The notes beneath the pieces were generated by a model, which made no database searches, had not been told where the DNA came from, and saw only the letters and a program-made list of their open reading frames with translations. A DNA stretch of 64,000 nt, from positions 54,033 to 118,032 of the forward strand of contig NMRA01000342.1 of NCBI GenBank assembly GCA_002633005.1, written 5' to 3'. The position numbers and the translations under genes are program-made. The DNA is from Phoronis australis. Its lineage: Eukaryota > Animalia > Phoronida. Positions 1 through 12,823 of the stretch are shown in pieces (the first letter of the stretch is position 1; each line of letters opens with the position of its first letter).

Positions 1-1332
1 ACGAAACGGAGAAAGCCGGTATACCCTCGTGAGCTACACATCAAGCACTACTATAGCTGGTTTTCGAAGTAGCCGCCTCGTATAGAAATTCACTATCCCG
101 CCAGACGGCGATCAGGTCTTTGGTGGACAAACGTTCAGCGCCGCTTACACCCCAACGAGGTGTTTCGGCATACTGGTGTAAACCGCGTTTTGACACCTTT
201 CCTGATATCAAAATGACGAGCAATTTCCACTGATTTGCGGTGCGGTGGGGTGTACAAATGGTTCCCAGAAAAAGGCAAGATGAAAGACATCGTGACCCAT
301 ACACTCCCAAGAAACATCGGCGGATGCGAGGCGAGTAGCGACGACTTAAAAAGCGGGAGAGTTCTGATGCAAGCCGATGTCAGAAAGGTTAGCTCAACCA
401 AATCCAACAATGGGGGGATACAGTGAGATTTATTTCTGTTTTCAAGTTCAAGAATCACAGTGCAGTAACTGAATTTCTGCCCAACGAGTCTGAGTCTCTG
501 TCAAGCAAGTCGCCTTTCGAGCGTCAATATGAAAAGTCCGTTACTGGCCTCCACCCGACTGGGCTACGACCTGTTTGTCAGTTATTGCTGTTAACCCGTT
601 TTATCTCTGGCTGAAGATGCGAGGAGACACGTCTCGAAATATAGTCCGAATTTTAATCATTCATGTTATGTCGATTAGCAATCTTCTTTATCATTGTGAT
701 GCGGGTGATCGATAAATAGTTTACGCGGGTACGTTTGAGAATCGTCAACCGACAACACTGCCTTGCGTATAACGACTTTCATAAAAATGTACACCACAGT
801 CAGGCATTTCGGTGAACTTCAGCAAACCATCGTCAGTGACTATACAACCATTAAACTGCACATACCAACAATGTCATTGTAAACATTTTTTCGATTGAAA
901 TCGTGGCCAAAAACTCAAATAAAAATTTAGACATTAATTATTGTAATTTACAATATTTGTATTGCACAATCTTTAAGTTTAAATACAAATTTTCATTATC
1001 TTTTATTAATTTTGTTATGTTTTTCTTGCATTGTCTTATTGTGAAAAGTGTCACTTTTGTATTTTAGATGAATGCCATTGTAAACTTTATTTGAAAACAT
1101 TCCACGTTTGAGTTTGCACATTTTCTGTGAAAATGAAGTGTTCTGGATTACACTCTACCTATGCTGATCAGTAGAGGGCGCTGTAAAACATCATTAGCCA
1201 ATCACAAATTGTGAAAAATCCCATTTCTGGTGATCGTGGCAGTTGCCGGTTGTTATGGTGGGACGTTGGGGTGAAAGTGTCGTGCGTAACTACGATCGAG
1301 ACGCCGGTCGTGTTTTACGACCGTAGTCATTA

Positions 1333-1648
1333 CATCCAATGACAAATTGCTGTGAAGGTCACGTGAGCTCTGAAGCAGTTGAATGCTCGTTATTTTACGC
1401 TCGTATTTTCGCTCGTAGTAGTAATCCACTCTTTCTTTATTCACAACATTTGAGTAACAAACCATTTGCACCGCAAAACAATATCAACAACGTATTAGCT
1501 TAATGGATGGTGGTCTCGTGAACTGGTACTTAAATCTAACGACTATTTGCTAAAATCACGAGCGTAAAATTACGAGCGAAAAATACTTGAACGAGCGTAA
1601 AACTTCTTCAGAGTTCACGTGACCTACCAACCAAGTTCTCATTGGTTA
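1333..1648. mobile_element. MITE with long TIRs and TTTTACGCTCGT subrepeats
   Basis: CCAATGA..AGGTCACGTGAGCTCTGAAG and CTTCAGAGTTCACGTGACCT..TCATTGG are inverted partners. Confidence 0.7.
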
Positions 1649-4643
1649 TACATTTACATGTACATGTACGGCACAGCACTGAAATAAGTGGAGGAGGCTA
1701 TATCCCCCCATCCCCATATGGTGCGCCGTCCATGATATAAGTACGATTTCGGTCGGAAAACAAGAGCGAAGTCTCGGTCGTAATTACGGAAGCTGAGTCC
1801 GCATTTGACATTTCTTGTATCGGCAACAATTCCAATAACTTTAGAACATGTAATTGGTAATTTATATTGCCAAGTGTTCAACGTAATAAATTTCAGTTGG
1901 TTGACCACATGTACAGCGGGTACTAGTGTGACTGAGACTATACAATGCTGGTTGTATTAAAGTGTATCACAGAGTGCAGCTGGTGAACGTTTTACTTTGA
2001 CGCTTTAAAAAAAAACACGATTTGCCACCAAGATACTGTCAAAAATATCACTGAAAACACATTTTGCCACGAACAACCTCAATTATATGATTTAATGAAA
2101 AGCCTCAATACTTCTTGAACTGCAAAATGTCTACTTTTCAAGCATTATCGAAGTAGTGCTCTTCACTATACAATTGCAATAATGGAACACTTCAATTTTG
2201 TAAAAATGACCGAGTTCGGGATAAAAATTAAAGTTCAATAATTTTGTTAAATGACGGAAAATACCCGGCATGCTTTGCGTCTTGCATGCCTCAGCGAACT
2301 GGTGGCTTAGGATAACAACCTTTTTACTTCATGAAACTGATATTTTCGCTGGGCTTAACAAATTGTTGACTGCAAACGACTTCCTGCTTCAATATAGAGA
2401 AGAGCCTAAGGAGAACAGGGGAGGTAACTGAATCGCCACCTTTCTGCGACCCTTGGATTGCACTGGATGCAGTATGGGGTGAGTATCTCTGGTAAAGTCG
2501 AGGAAAACTAATACAGAATTAAGGTCAACTTCAATCCTACTTTGTCTTACCATTTGTCTAAAGATTCATACTTGATCATACTTGTTGTTTTCAAATTATT
2601 ACCATCCTTCCCAAACTATTTCACTTGAGATAGCTTGAAAACATAAGTATATCAATTTTTAACGTGAACATCAAATGGTCCACCTTAAAAGAAATCTAAG
2701 ATGCTTCTATTGGGTAGCGAGTGAGTTTTTACAAAAACTTCTTTGTTACTGCTCTTTTTCCGATATTGCTCTTTTTTAATGTGACTACATACGTTTTAGT
2801 GAGTATGTTAGAACGACTGAGACAATATTTATATCGACGATGACACAATGTACGGGAGCTTTGTCACTTTTTAAGCAAGTTCGTTGAAAATTACATAAAG
2901 ATGTATAACATTAAACGCAGAAACTTTTTGCATTTGAACAATACATCTACGAATGCGGTGGAAAACGTCAAAGTAAAAATTTCCAGGTGTAAGTACTTCC
3001 GACAAATGAACTTTTAAACACAGACATGTGCAATCCAGAGTCCACTGACTGTATTCAAAGAAACAAGAACGGATACCTTGCAGTATTTCGCTACAACGCA
3101 ATATATCAAAACATTCTTCGTTCGCAATTCCGTGTAACGGGATGTCCCAAAGTAATAATCGCATTACCTAAACGGCACCTGATATACATTGTATCTTTAA
3201 GCTTTAAACACGAAAGAACTGAACTGGCACTTCCAAATGAGTTAGATGTGCAGTACCACCCGATTGCCTGATTAGAAATTTCAAAAATAGGTGTTTTTGT
3301 AATTAGCAACAGCGACAGCTGATGCAGCTTACTAAAGGAAGGACAACCCTTAATGGAAGTTTGGCTAGAACAGCTATTAATCATTGGCCTCTGTTAACAA
3401 CAATTATTCCGATTAGTTTACGCTACTCTGTTATAGTTTATAGAATTCAACGCCAAACGTAGGCGAACGCTCACGATGCCTGTCCACAAAATGAGCAATT
3501 GCTTTGGAGTGAGGCCGGATCGAGACTCGCTAGCAAGTACTTTTGACGTCATAAAGGCGTAGATGCAAAAATATCAATCCAACGGTGTTTTCTTAGTTTT
3601 CACATTGATGAAAATACGTTGAAACAACCAACTTCTTTATATTCCAACACTTCCTCGAGGGGAACATTAGTAATGCTGAACTGGCGACTAAGCTGGCAAA
3701 AATAAGTCTTGTATTAGTTCTTAACCTCGATCGTTTTCGCAGTCTGTAAAGTGGCGATAATTGCTAACGATTCCTAACTCGGTCAACTTGTGCCTCGATC
3801 GCTTGTCGTGTAGATATGGGGAAGAGTTCCTAAAAAGTGTAATGAACTTGCGTCCAATCAAGAACCTTCAATATGCATGCCGTCAAAAGAGGAAATTCAA
3901 CGTGACAATGATGACTGGACTGACCGTCGACAAGTATGTTTTGACTGATCGTCACCATATAAAAGCGAGAAATGCTTCGATTCTTTATTCGCAACCTTTT
4001 ACTGCGGAAAGTTGATCATTAAAATAGGCATTACTTCAATAAATAAAAATGATACTAACTACTGCAGTATTATCAGTATGCGTACATTGTAGAGTTCACG
4101 CCGCCAGATTTTGAGACCGCACGGAATAGATACAGTTTCATTTCTAACCCAAGTTATATACATGTACAGTCTCGTGCAAGCACCCATATAAGTGAAAAAC
4201 GCCTGACCGGATAACATTTTCGACTATAATTAGTACGGTGGTACAGTAATTAATTGCCTTCGTTTAGCAACTCGGGTGATAGTCTCTTTGTAATCATGTA
4301 GACATATAAATGTCGTGTTGTTGGACAAGCTTCAGCGCAGCAATGAGTAGGCGTGTAGAGTTGATACAGACCATGGGGCTTTTCTTTTAACAGTTAGCGT
4401 AACCACACAAATTTCAGCGCTCACATGTCAATACGCCAGTGAGTGCAGTTATTACTTGTTTCTATGTTATTCCCTGCGTCGGACCCGTGCAAAGTGTTCG
4501 ACAGTGGTTAAGTTGAATTAAAGTGGCGAAGTCAACTCGAGTATGTTCCGTCTTGAAATATGGGCGCATAATTCCTAACTGAACACAAATTGGCAAAAAG
4601 TTGCATGCGTATCAAGTGCGCAAAGGGGGTGTACGTGAAATTG

Positions 4644-4862
4644 TTACACGACTCCCAGTTCAATTCTCTCCTGATCCTCAGAGCTACCCCCCGTGACCAG
4701 TCGTTCGTCATTTTGATCAGCTGCGCTGGCTGGCAGTTGTTGAGTCAATCGCTTCCTGCTACAGTAATTGTACACGTACCAGATGAGAAATCCACTCAGA
4801 AGCGACACCAGAAATATCCCGGCCGCCATGAAAATAATCAGTATTTTATCCTCGTACTCCAT
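4644..4862 (-). CDS. Candidate 72-aa single-pass membrane microprotein (or terminal exon)
   Basis: True ATG in a good Kozak context (actATGG), a roughly 23-aa uncharged helix (ILIIFMAAGIFLVSLLSGFLIWYVY), a juxtamembrane CSRKR, and an acidic tail ending IELGVV. Confidence 0.5.
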   Translation of the reverse strand: MEYEDKILIIFMAAGIFLVSLLSGFLIWYVYNYCSRKRLTQQLPASAADQNDERLVTGGSSEDQERIELGVV

Positions 4863-7800
4863 AGTTTGGGTGAAATTACAAACCTGCCACTGGAGTCGAC
4901 CAATTTATGTTTCGATTGTTGATATACCGACGCATAGGGAACGCTGTTACAAAAACTCACGAGAGCGGTCGCATAAACTCCATCCAAGTGTGTCTGTTCG
5001 TGTCTAAAGTTGTTCGCATATCTCAAAACCGGTATGTCTGCATCTAAAAAAAAAACAATGCAGAAACTGTCACACCCTTTTCTTCACGTAAACTCAGTCA
5101 GCATTATCTTTCCTTGTCATTGTGTTGGAATACTCACAAGACATACATGTACAGACATTGAGTTTGACGAGACTACACTGTAACTTTTGTATACCCTTTG
5201 CCTAATTTAAGACCAAGATGTCTTCCCCAGCTTGCGACCATTTTCCAAATGCAAAACTCAAATTAACTGTTCGTCCCAATTTGTCTTTAATACTTCCTGC
5301 TGCCAGATCTACGTGTAGCACACGTGTTTTTGATTAGTGCCGTGGTTATAATACATACAGAGACCGTGACTGTAAAAGTCGGACAAAATCTGCATTGATA
5401 CAAATACTGACTATAGATTGGGTTGCGAAATTGCTAATTTGAACGAATGGAAACAATAGAAGTTATGCAATGTCGAAATACCGACGTACGTATATCAAAG
5501 CGGAATGTCTTCCAAAAATGTAACCCATGAGTGTTTCGGTTACGTGGGATAGCAGTTAGGCTGCCAACATGGGTTAGCTATTTATCCACAGATTCTTATA
5601 CAGTTGATGCATTTGTTTACAGACAAACGTACGACTTACCAAAGCTTATCTCGTTCTTGTTACAGGAGCCCACAAAGCCAAAAACAGAGTCATGGTGGAA
5701 CAATCTGCCGACTATCTTCGCTGAGTCTGCGATCCAGCAATCCGGGCAGGACGTACGGTAGTTCAATCAGCAATTACCGAATCAAGCCTCAATTGGGTTA
5801 ACTAACATTAAAACTTCAAGTTGATGCACTCTTGCCGCTTGTCAAGCAGCAACGAGTGCAGCATGTGACGGTAAGATGAGATTCGCAGACAAAAAGATGG
5901 TGTTTAATAGACTAATGGGCGACACGGTCTCGTTCATTCCCGGGGGTTGCTTTCGCACACGACACGGTCTCGTTTTTTGCCGGGGGTTGCTTGCGCAGGC
6001 CACTCGGAGTCAAACTCGACATACATTCACTGTCTGCCAACATCTCCATTCTTGGTGAAACACAAAAATGACAGCTGGTGGAGAAACAAAAGTACAGAGC
6101 CTAGGACTTTTTTGAACCGGAACTCATGTCGTCACCATTTCACATTGGGTTTCCATTTTTCTGAGGCGTGCATTCGTGTGACCAGAGTGCCTCTGGCTGA
6201 ACAGAGGCATTACGGGTAAGAGAGAATTGACGTTGTACAGTAATCCGTTCTTTCAGAACCCATTTCTGTTCTAATAGTGTTTTCAGTTTTACTGGAAATG
6301 TTTCAAGTTGCGCAGTCTACTGCCCGTTGCATCAGTAAAGATGTTGAAAGGGATGTTTAATGCACATTGGCATCAATATAAATACTGAATGTTAACGGAA
6401 TTAATTTGTTTATAAATTATCATTTGAAAACGTTTATTTAACGAAATTTACCTGCACGTCTTGAAAAGGTATATATAGATTGTTTAATTAGTATATGAGT
6501 TATCGGGATTAATGACGTCATGTTTCATACTTTTACACATTCCTATTTCTGTGTGATAACTTCGATCAAAGTAAATTACGCAGCACTTCTGCCTAGTCCA
6601 ACATGGCGTCCCGCACTGTAAAATACACGATTCAGTCTACAAAAAGTATGCCTACATCGACTCGTGGAATAATATGATCAACCCGTGGTGGCCGGAATGG
6701 CAGGTCAGGTGGTATTTCGGGACAATAATCCTCTTCATTCTTATTTTCAGACAAACTTGAAAAATGACAATAGAAATAAAAAATATGCATTATGGTGCAA
6801 TTAACAAAAACTTCCTATTCCAGAAATTTTTCGATTGACAATGTTCATTTCACCCATTGTAAACATGAGCCTTCTGCTGTTGAGATTTACGCTAAGGAAG
6901 GCAATTTCAATTCATTAGGTTACACATTTTAGTTTAAGAACTTAAATCAAACCACATTTGCAGAACTTCTTTATGAGCTCAGTTGTTTCTAGCTGGCGGG
7001 CTAATGAAGGAAATATAAAAGCAAGCAAGCTCCCTAGATGACAGCGGGGTGTCCGATGTCGCATGCAGGTTTATATCTTACCACTATTGCCGGCGATCCA
7101 AGACAAATGTCGACACAGTTGAATGGCAATTGGCTTAAACACTGATTTCAAAAAGTGCTATAATATTACACGAAAAGCTGTAAAATACGAAATGTTGTTT
7201 ATTCTATGGAATATTGCGATTGACAAGATTCACATGATGTCCTTGGCGGTGACAACAACATTTGTTTAACGCCATTGTTTTATTTTTCTTTGGCCTTATA
7301 AGTATTTTAGAAAATTACGTACATGTAGCTGCATACTGCTTCCTATCAGTAACACTGACATTGTTTACCTACAATATACAATCATATCCATACATATTTT
7401 GAAACAGAAATTTACGATATGAGATCGAAGACGAAATACTCATCCCAGTTTGTGAAAAATGGTTTCGAAAAAATTCATCTAGGACGCCTTTTGTAACTTG
7501 TCTGTTATCGAACTCTGGGTGCCGTTAAAGTTGGCATAACAGTATTCAGCCTGATGTTCATATAGGGTGAAACCTTCCTCGGACGCGTTTTTGTTATTTT
7601 ACATGTTTTGTTGTACTCAGGTAATCTCAAGAATTTATGACGAACATTCTATAAGAAAATAATAATTAATCACCCAAACGGGGGTAGCAGGGGTCTGAAT
7701 AGAACACCATATACATGTAAGGATTATCGTGACATAGATGATTGTAAGTCTGTAAGCAAGATATTGTTCATTACACTCGCCAACTTATGAAACTGCTGGG

Positions 7801-8303
7801 CTCAGAAAGATACCACAAATCGTATTGTAACGACTAAATCCTCTTGAGTTGCCGTTCAAGATAGATAATAAGACTTACAGTAAGCTAGCGTGCTCACAGA
7901 TTTTCCGGTCATCGTTATCGGAAGCCTTCCCCGATAAAAAAGGTATTGCTGGTGTTGGGATTCATTGGCATCAAAATACATTACGCGGTTCATAAAACGT
8001 GGCATGTGGGGTGTCAATATCAATTAAAAGGCCATTTGTATGCTGATTTAGATGAACAGCGGTTTTAACATGTTTAATGCGTTAAACAATTACTCGGAAT
8101 CAAAGATTCTAAAGGGCGATCCCACTGCATTTAGCACGTAATGGAGACGACAATACAGTCCATAACTTTTATTCAATTTTCAGATTGATGAATATAGTGT
8201 CATGGGACACGGTTAGAAACTCTTGGTTGAAGTCGCATTTCGCCACCTTCAGCGGACTAAAAAATGACGGCAATCGAATTACGCCTTTTTGCTCCCGTAA
8301 AAC

Positions 8304-8441
8304 CCGGCGCTTGTTCAGTAGACGCTAGGACCTAGCTAAAACCTAGTCAAAGTCACGTTTAAATTAAACGGTAATATCTCACGTAATCTCGCGAAGTCTT
8401 ACTTTTTGGCGAGGTCCTAGCGTTACTGAACGGGAGGCTGG
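8304..8441 (+). mobile_element. MITE family 1 (TIR core GTTCAGTA(G)ACGCTAGGAC)
   Basis: Imperfect terminal inverted repeats; homologs at 37233-37390 (inverted) and 50568-50727. Confidence 0.85.
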
Positions 8442-8774
8442 TGTCATTACTGTACATGCAAGTCGTGTGTGTATATGTGGTGTAACAGGGTGAAGAAAAA
8501 AATTTCACATTTCAAATTGCGAAAGTGCAGGAAGCGGGAGTAAGAGTCAAGCGAATCAGCTCATGGAGTTGCCTCAACCCTCCCCCCCCCCGACCGGCAT
8601 ACGCGTAGAGTGGGAAATTGAGCAGTCGAGGAAGGAAACAGTGAAACATGTAGAACAGAGAAAAAGATATTATTTGTCAACTACCGGATTTATCACCCTT
8701 TGGGATCCTATAACCAGAACATTTTAAGATGTCCAAGTTATTAAACATTTTGCGGTTCTCTCGCGGAGGGGGTC

Positions 8775-9740
8775 CCGGCATTATAGGTAATTGACCGGGC
8801 ACCGAAACCGTGTGAGCGCATGCTAATTCAGTGCTTGATGATATAAAGCTGTTGTGAAAAATAACTAGATTTTATATGCTATGGTCACATGTTAGGGGAA
8901 TCTTTATTTAGAAGTACAAATACATTATTCATATCATTGATAATGTACAACCTTTGCCCCTGACGGTCTGTGGAAGAGCAACCCGACTCCGTAGCACCCG
9001 ACAAGTAAGTAGGCCTAGATTTTCAGCCGGTTTCGTGGCTAATTCACATAAATTATTACGTTCACATTATTTCTTTGGCTCACTATTCGTGACTCGAGGT
9101 TTAGTTTCCAACTCAAACTGATTTATGTTCGTGCCAGTCCCGGCGGCCGCGACGGGCCTGATCGGGTTCTGAGCCACTGGCCGGGATAACGAGTCAGTCC
9201 GGCCGAAACGGGCCTGATCGGGTTCCGAGCTATTGGCCGGGATAACAAGCGTTTTGTGTGTTTAGAACTAAAAAAATCACAAGTCTAAACAACACAGATC
9301 TAGGTTCTCCAGTCTGCATTTCACGGAAGAATACTTCGAATTTATCTCCGAATAGACTCCAAACTCCTGCTACGGACCTTGGTACTGAACTGACCTGCCG
9401 AACTTTGTAGGCTACGGTGTGTCCAAATACCAATAAATCCGCAACAGCGAAATAAAACAACACGTTTTTATAGGGACTCGGTGTATTTTTAAGGGTTTTG
9501 CATCGAACTTTGATGATTTATTAGTGTTAAACGATGAATTCAAGCGATAAGCTGACACCAGTAACCCGTGTTGTGAAGTGCTGAACAGACTACGTGTGGA
9601 ACCAATGGCGTCATTGGATAATTTCAGCACCTCTGTCTGCCGTCAGGTGTCAGGTAACGCAAACGAACGTGTCGTTATCTCGTAGAACTACTCGATCTAA
9701 ACTGATACAAAATAGGTTGTTTTTGGGGTGGCATTCTCCT
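8775..9740 (+). mobile_element. Truncated inverted copy of the same Kolobok-like element
   Basis: Reverse-complement homolog of about 12824-13815, ending GGTGGCATTCTCCT|TTAA. Has a tandem duplication near 9150-9247 absent from the other copy. Confidence 0.85.
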
Positions 9741-11324
9741 TTAACTTGAAGAAAGTGACCAGATGATGAAAGTATGTCCTACTTTTTTTAAATGGCACAG
9801 GCATTGATATTAAAGTATTTTGGCACCATATCTGTCATAAGTAGGAACTATTTTGACGAGGCAGGTCGCGACAATTGCCATTTGACCCTACCCCTTTCCC
9901 CCAATAAATCCTTACTGTTAACTTTTCACGAAAGGAAGTAGAACACACTTCCCCTTGGTGATGAAAACTACAGGCCATGTTCCTGCGAAACGAGATGCAC
10001 CAAGGCACGAGATAAAACAACCAAAAAAGAAAGTGACAATGTATCAAAAAACATCAAGCAAGCTATAGCTACTGACTAGAATTGGAACACAGACCTGGTA
10101 TGTAAGGTCAAGGTTGAGTATGGCTTTACACTCGAATAGCATGGGTCATTTGTATTTTCAAGTGCTCTGTATAAACGCATTAGTTGGCCTATAAAGCCAT
10201 CATCAAGCGTGGGCCCAAGAAGTGCACGTGAATACGCGTGACAAATGTAAATATTAACACAATATTGCACAAACGCTTGGTTTGTCCATGATAGATCACG
10301 AATGGGACGGCGGTAAACGAAAGTAACACTGGTGGAGTAGAAATAGAGATTTTTGAGGACGACGGAGTTAAGAAAAATTTTAGTGGCAAATTCCACATGA
10401 ATAGAACAAACGAATACAAACAAATGTCAGGCATGCGCGGTACAACCTCAGCAGCGAGAGAGCGATTTTGGCATTCCGGGGCTAGAGTTCTACGATCAAA
10501 TCCACGATTTTTCACCAATGGAAACTTCCCGATCGTCAGCTTCCTCAGCTGCTACAAACACAAATTAAAAACCCTCCACCTTAGACATCATCAGCTTGAT
10601 GTTTATGCCTTCTATCGTGCACGAGCGGTTCAGTGAACAATGTGGCACGCGCGTTCTGTACTTAGGTTGCCTTTTAACTTTGTCCCCAGGGTTCACTGAG
10701 TCTGACATCACTAATCTAGATTGTCTGTGGAGGAGACGAGCTGCTAGTGTCTTAGACTAATGCAACAGGTAATACCACTTAATGCAATATTAATTCATTT
10801 TGAAAAAATCGCAAGGATGGCGATCATGGTAGAATACACTGTTGTTATGGAGTAGCCCACACAACAGTTTCCTATACTCAAACTCGGTTGCTCAGTGTTG
10901 CTAGTGGTACTGGCAGACATAGATCTTTGTCACCTCACATTTTACTTTCATTTGCAAAGTCTTGTGGATAGGATTGCGTAATTACCACGGTGAGATTGTA
11001 AGGAACTTGACTAACCTTCATAACAAACGTCCGTCTGCTTCCGTGTCTGTTCTTTCGTAATGGAGATAACAATCTCTCTTAACCAACAACAAGATGTCGC
11101 TTTTTAAAATAGGCCTGTCTTAATCATGTCATTTTTCATTGTCGTAAATACTCTCACTGTCTAGAGTCATCTCTTAATTTATTTCATCTGTCTTAGTTAA
11201 ATTTTTACCATTATTTGTCATTTAGTTATTGTCTTAATTCTCGACCTGTTTTAATTGTATCTTTGTTACGTATATTTCATTGTTGTTTTATTACTTCATT
11301 GTATCATATTACTGTTTTTCTTTT

Positions 11325-11416
11325 TGAGGACCCTCTTGGAAAGCAGTGCTATCACTGAAGAGGCCGCCCTCATTTTAAATATCACAAAAATAAATAAATA
11401 AATAAATAAATAATAA
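11325..11416 (+). mobile_element. LINE/SINE 3' end with stem-loop and (AAAT)n tail
   Basis: gaggaccctcttggaaagcagtg..cactgaagaggccgccctc followed by (AAAT)n, after a T-rich UTR-like stretch. Confidence 0.5.
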
Positions 11417-11608
11417 AGAAAGAAACTAATCCGTGTAGCGTTGCAACTCGCGGAGACTTAATAGTAGTCACTCTACAGGGCGGTATGAAGCGAGGGTCAC
11501 GTGTCCCCTCACAATGATTTGAAGGCGCCAAGGTTAAACCGTGACATCCGGCACAGGCGTTCAAAGCTTTATTTCTCCGAGTAGGTTATCCAGCTCTCTG
11601 GCAAAGAA

Positions 11609-11680
11609 CATGGGGAGCGCATCTTAGGGGCTGGGGGGGGGCTATAGCCTCCTATTTTTTTCAATGCTGCGCCACCCATG
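11609..11680. mobile_element. About 70-bp CATGGG...CCCATG micro-MITE (copies at 1663-1734 and 50275-50342)
   Basis: Short terminal inverted repeats, TSD AAGAA/AAGAA, three related copies in the window. Confidence 0.75.
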
Positions 11681-11868
11681 AAGAATAATGCAGTCAACTT
11701 TCGCACTCTTTTTTTCCTTTGCTTCTCGAAATTGTGATCACATGATAAAAATTGAGAGCATGACATAATAGCATTATTTGGTTAACATTATATTCATTTC
11801 TTTGGACTTATAGACATCGAATAGATGTTGGAGTGACGTGCAGTTACCAACGGATAAAAACACAAAAT

Positions 11869-12075
11869 AGTAAAACTAGTAAAACTAAAACGACGAGCGT
11901 CGGTACTAAAATATATTAAAATATCACTACGTTTTGAGCGATGCGCTCTTTGACAAGGATGTGCAACTCAGCAGTCTGTAGCACACCCGTGACAAAGAGC
12001 GCATCGCTCGACACGTGGGAATATTTTAATATATTTTAGTACCGGCACTCGTCGTTTTAGTTTTACTAGTTTTAC
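11869..12075. repeat. About 205-bp hairpin with back-to-back degenerate hammerhead-like cores
   Basis: Near-perfect arms GTAAAACTAGTAAAACTAAAACGACGAG...CTCGTCGTTTTAGTTTTACTAGTTTTAC. Confidence 0.8.
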
Positions 12076-12823
12076 AATTTTGAATTATAGGCAGTTTCAT
12101 ATTTAAGGGCTGAGCCCTTTGGCCCGTTGATGTCATCCATGCGGCTACACTTTTCGTGTTTTTAATTGATAACTTCTTAAGGGGTCGCTCACAGAGAGAG
12201 AGAGAGCTCGATGAGGGCATCGGTTGCCTCTATGTTCCATTTTCATTTTTTTTTTTTGAAATCATACGCTATTTTATGTTTTAGGAAAGTCACTTCTGGG
12301 AGTATCACAGGATGATTTAATTAATCGTCTCTGTCTTGGTAACGGGTCCCCTTCCAGGCAGGATCCTCTCTCGGAAGAGTGGGCCAGGTCAATAGCTCTT
12401 TCCGTGTTCGCCAATGCGACCTCATATCGTGTTTGGTGACCTGGGAAAAATTCCTAGTCGCGATGAGGTCGCCACTGCGAGTACCAGAAGTCAGATAATA
12501 ATGCCCTCTAAATTCGTTCTAAGTTTCGTGTCGACTTCCAAGCTTTAAATTACTAACACTTTTCGTAGATGTGTTGCCCTTTGTTCACAAATGTTCTTTT
12601 TATTTCGTGAATTCAGCGCATTTGCCACCACGTTTAAATGACAAGGAGAAGTAAACAGACAAAAGTCGGAATTGTTCGGCAAAATCGGGAACGATCATCG
12701 AAATTCGTGCCATCAGCCCATGCAGTCGCCTGCGTCGCATGCTGGTCCGAAGCGCAAGAGAATACCTCGCTAGCTCCCTGCGTGCCGCTAAGTGGGGCGA
12801 TAGCCGCGCCAGCACGCAGGTAA

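Noticed and set aside
5999-6703. Two possible plus-strand exons (5999-6215 and 6584-6703, HFCLVQHGVPHCKIH...WWPEWQ)
   Set aside because: Splice phases do not join in frame and I recognise no domain.
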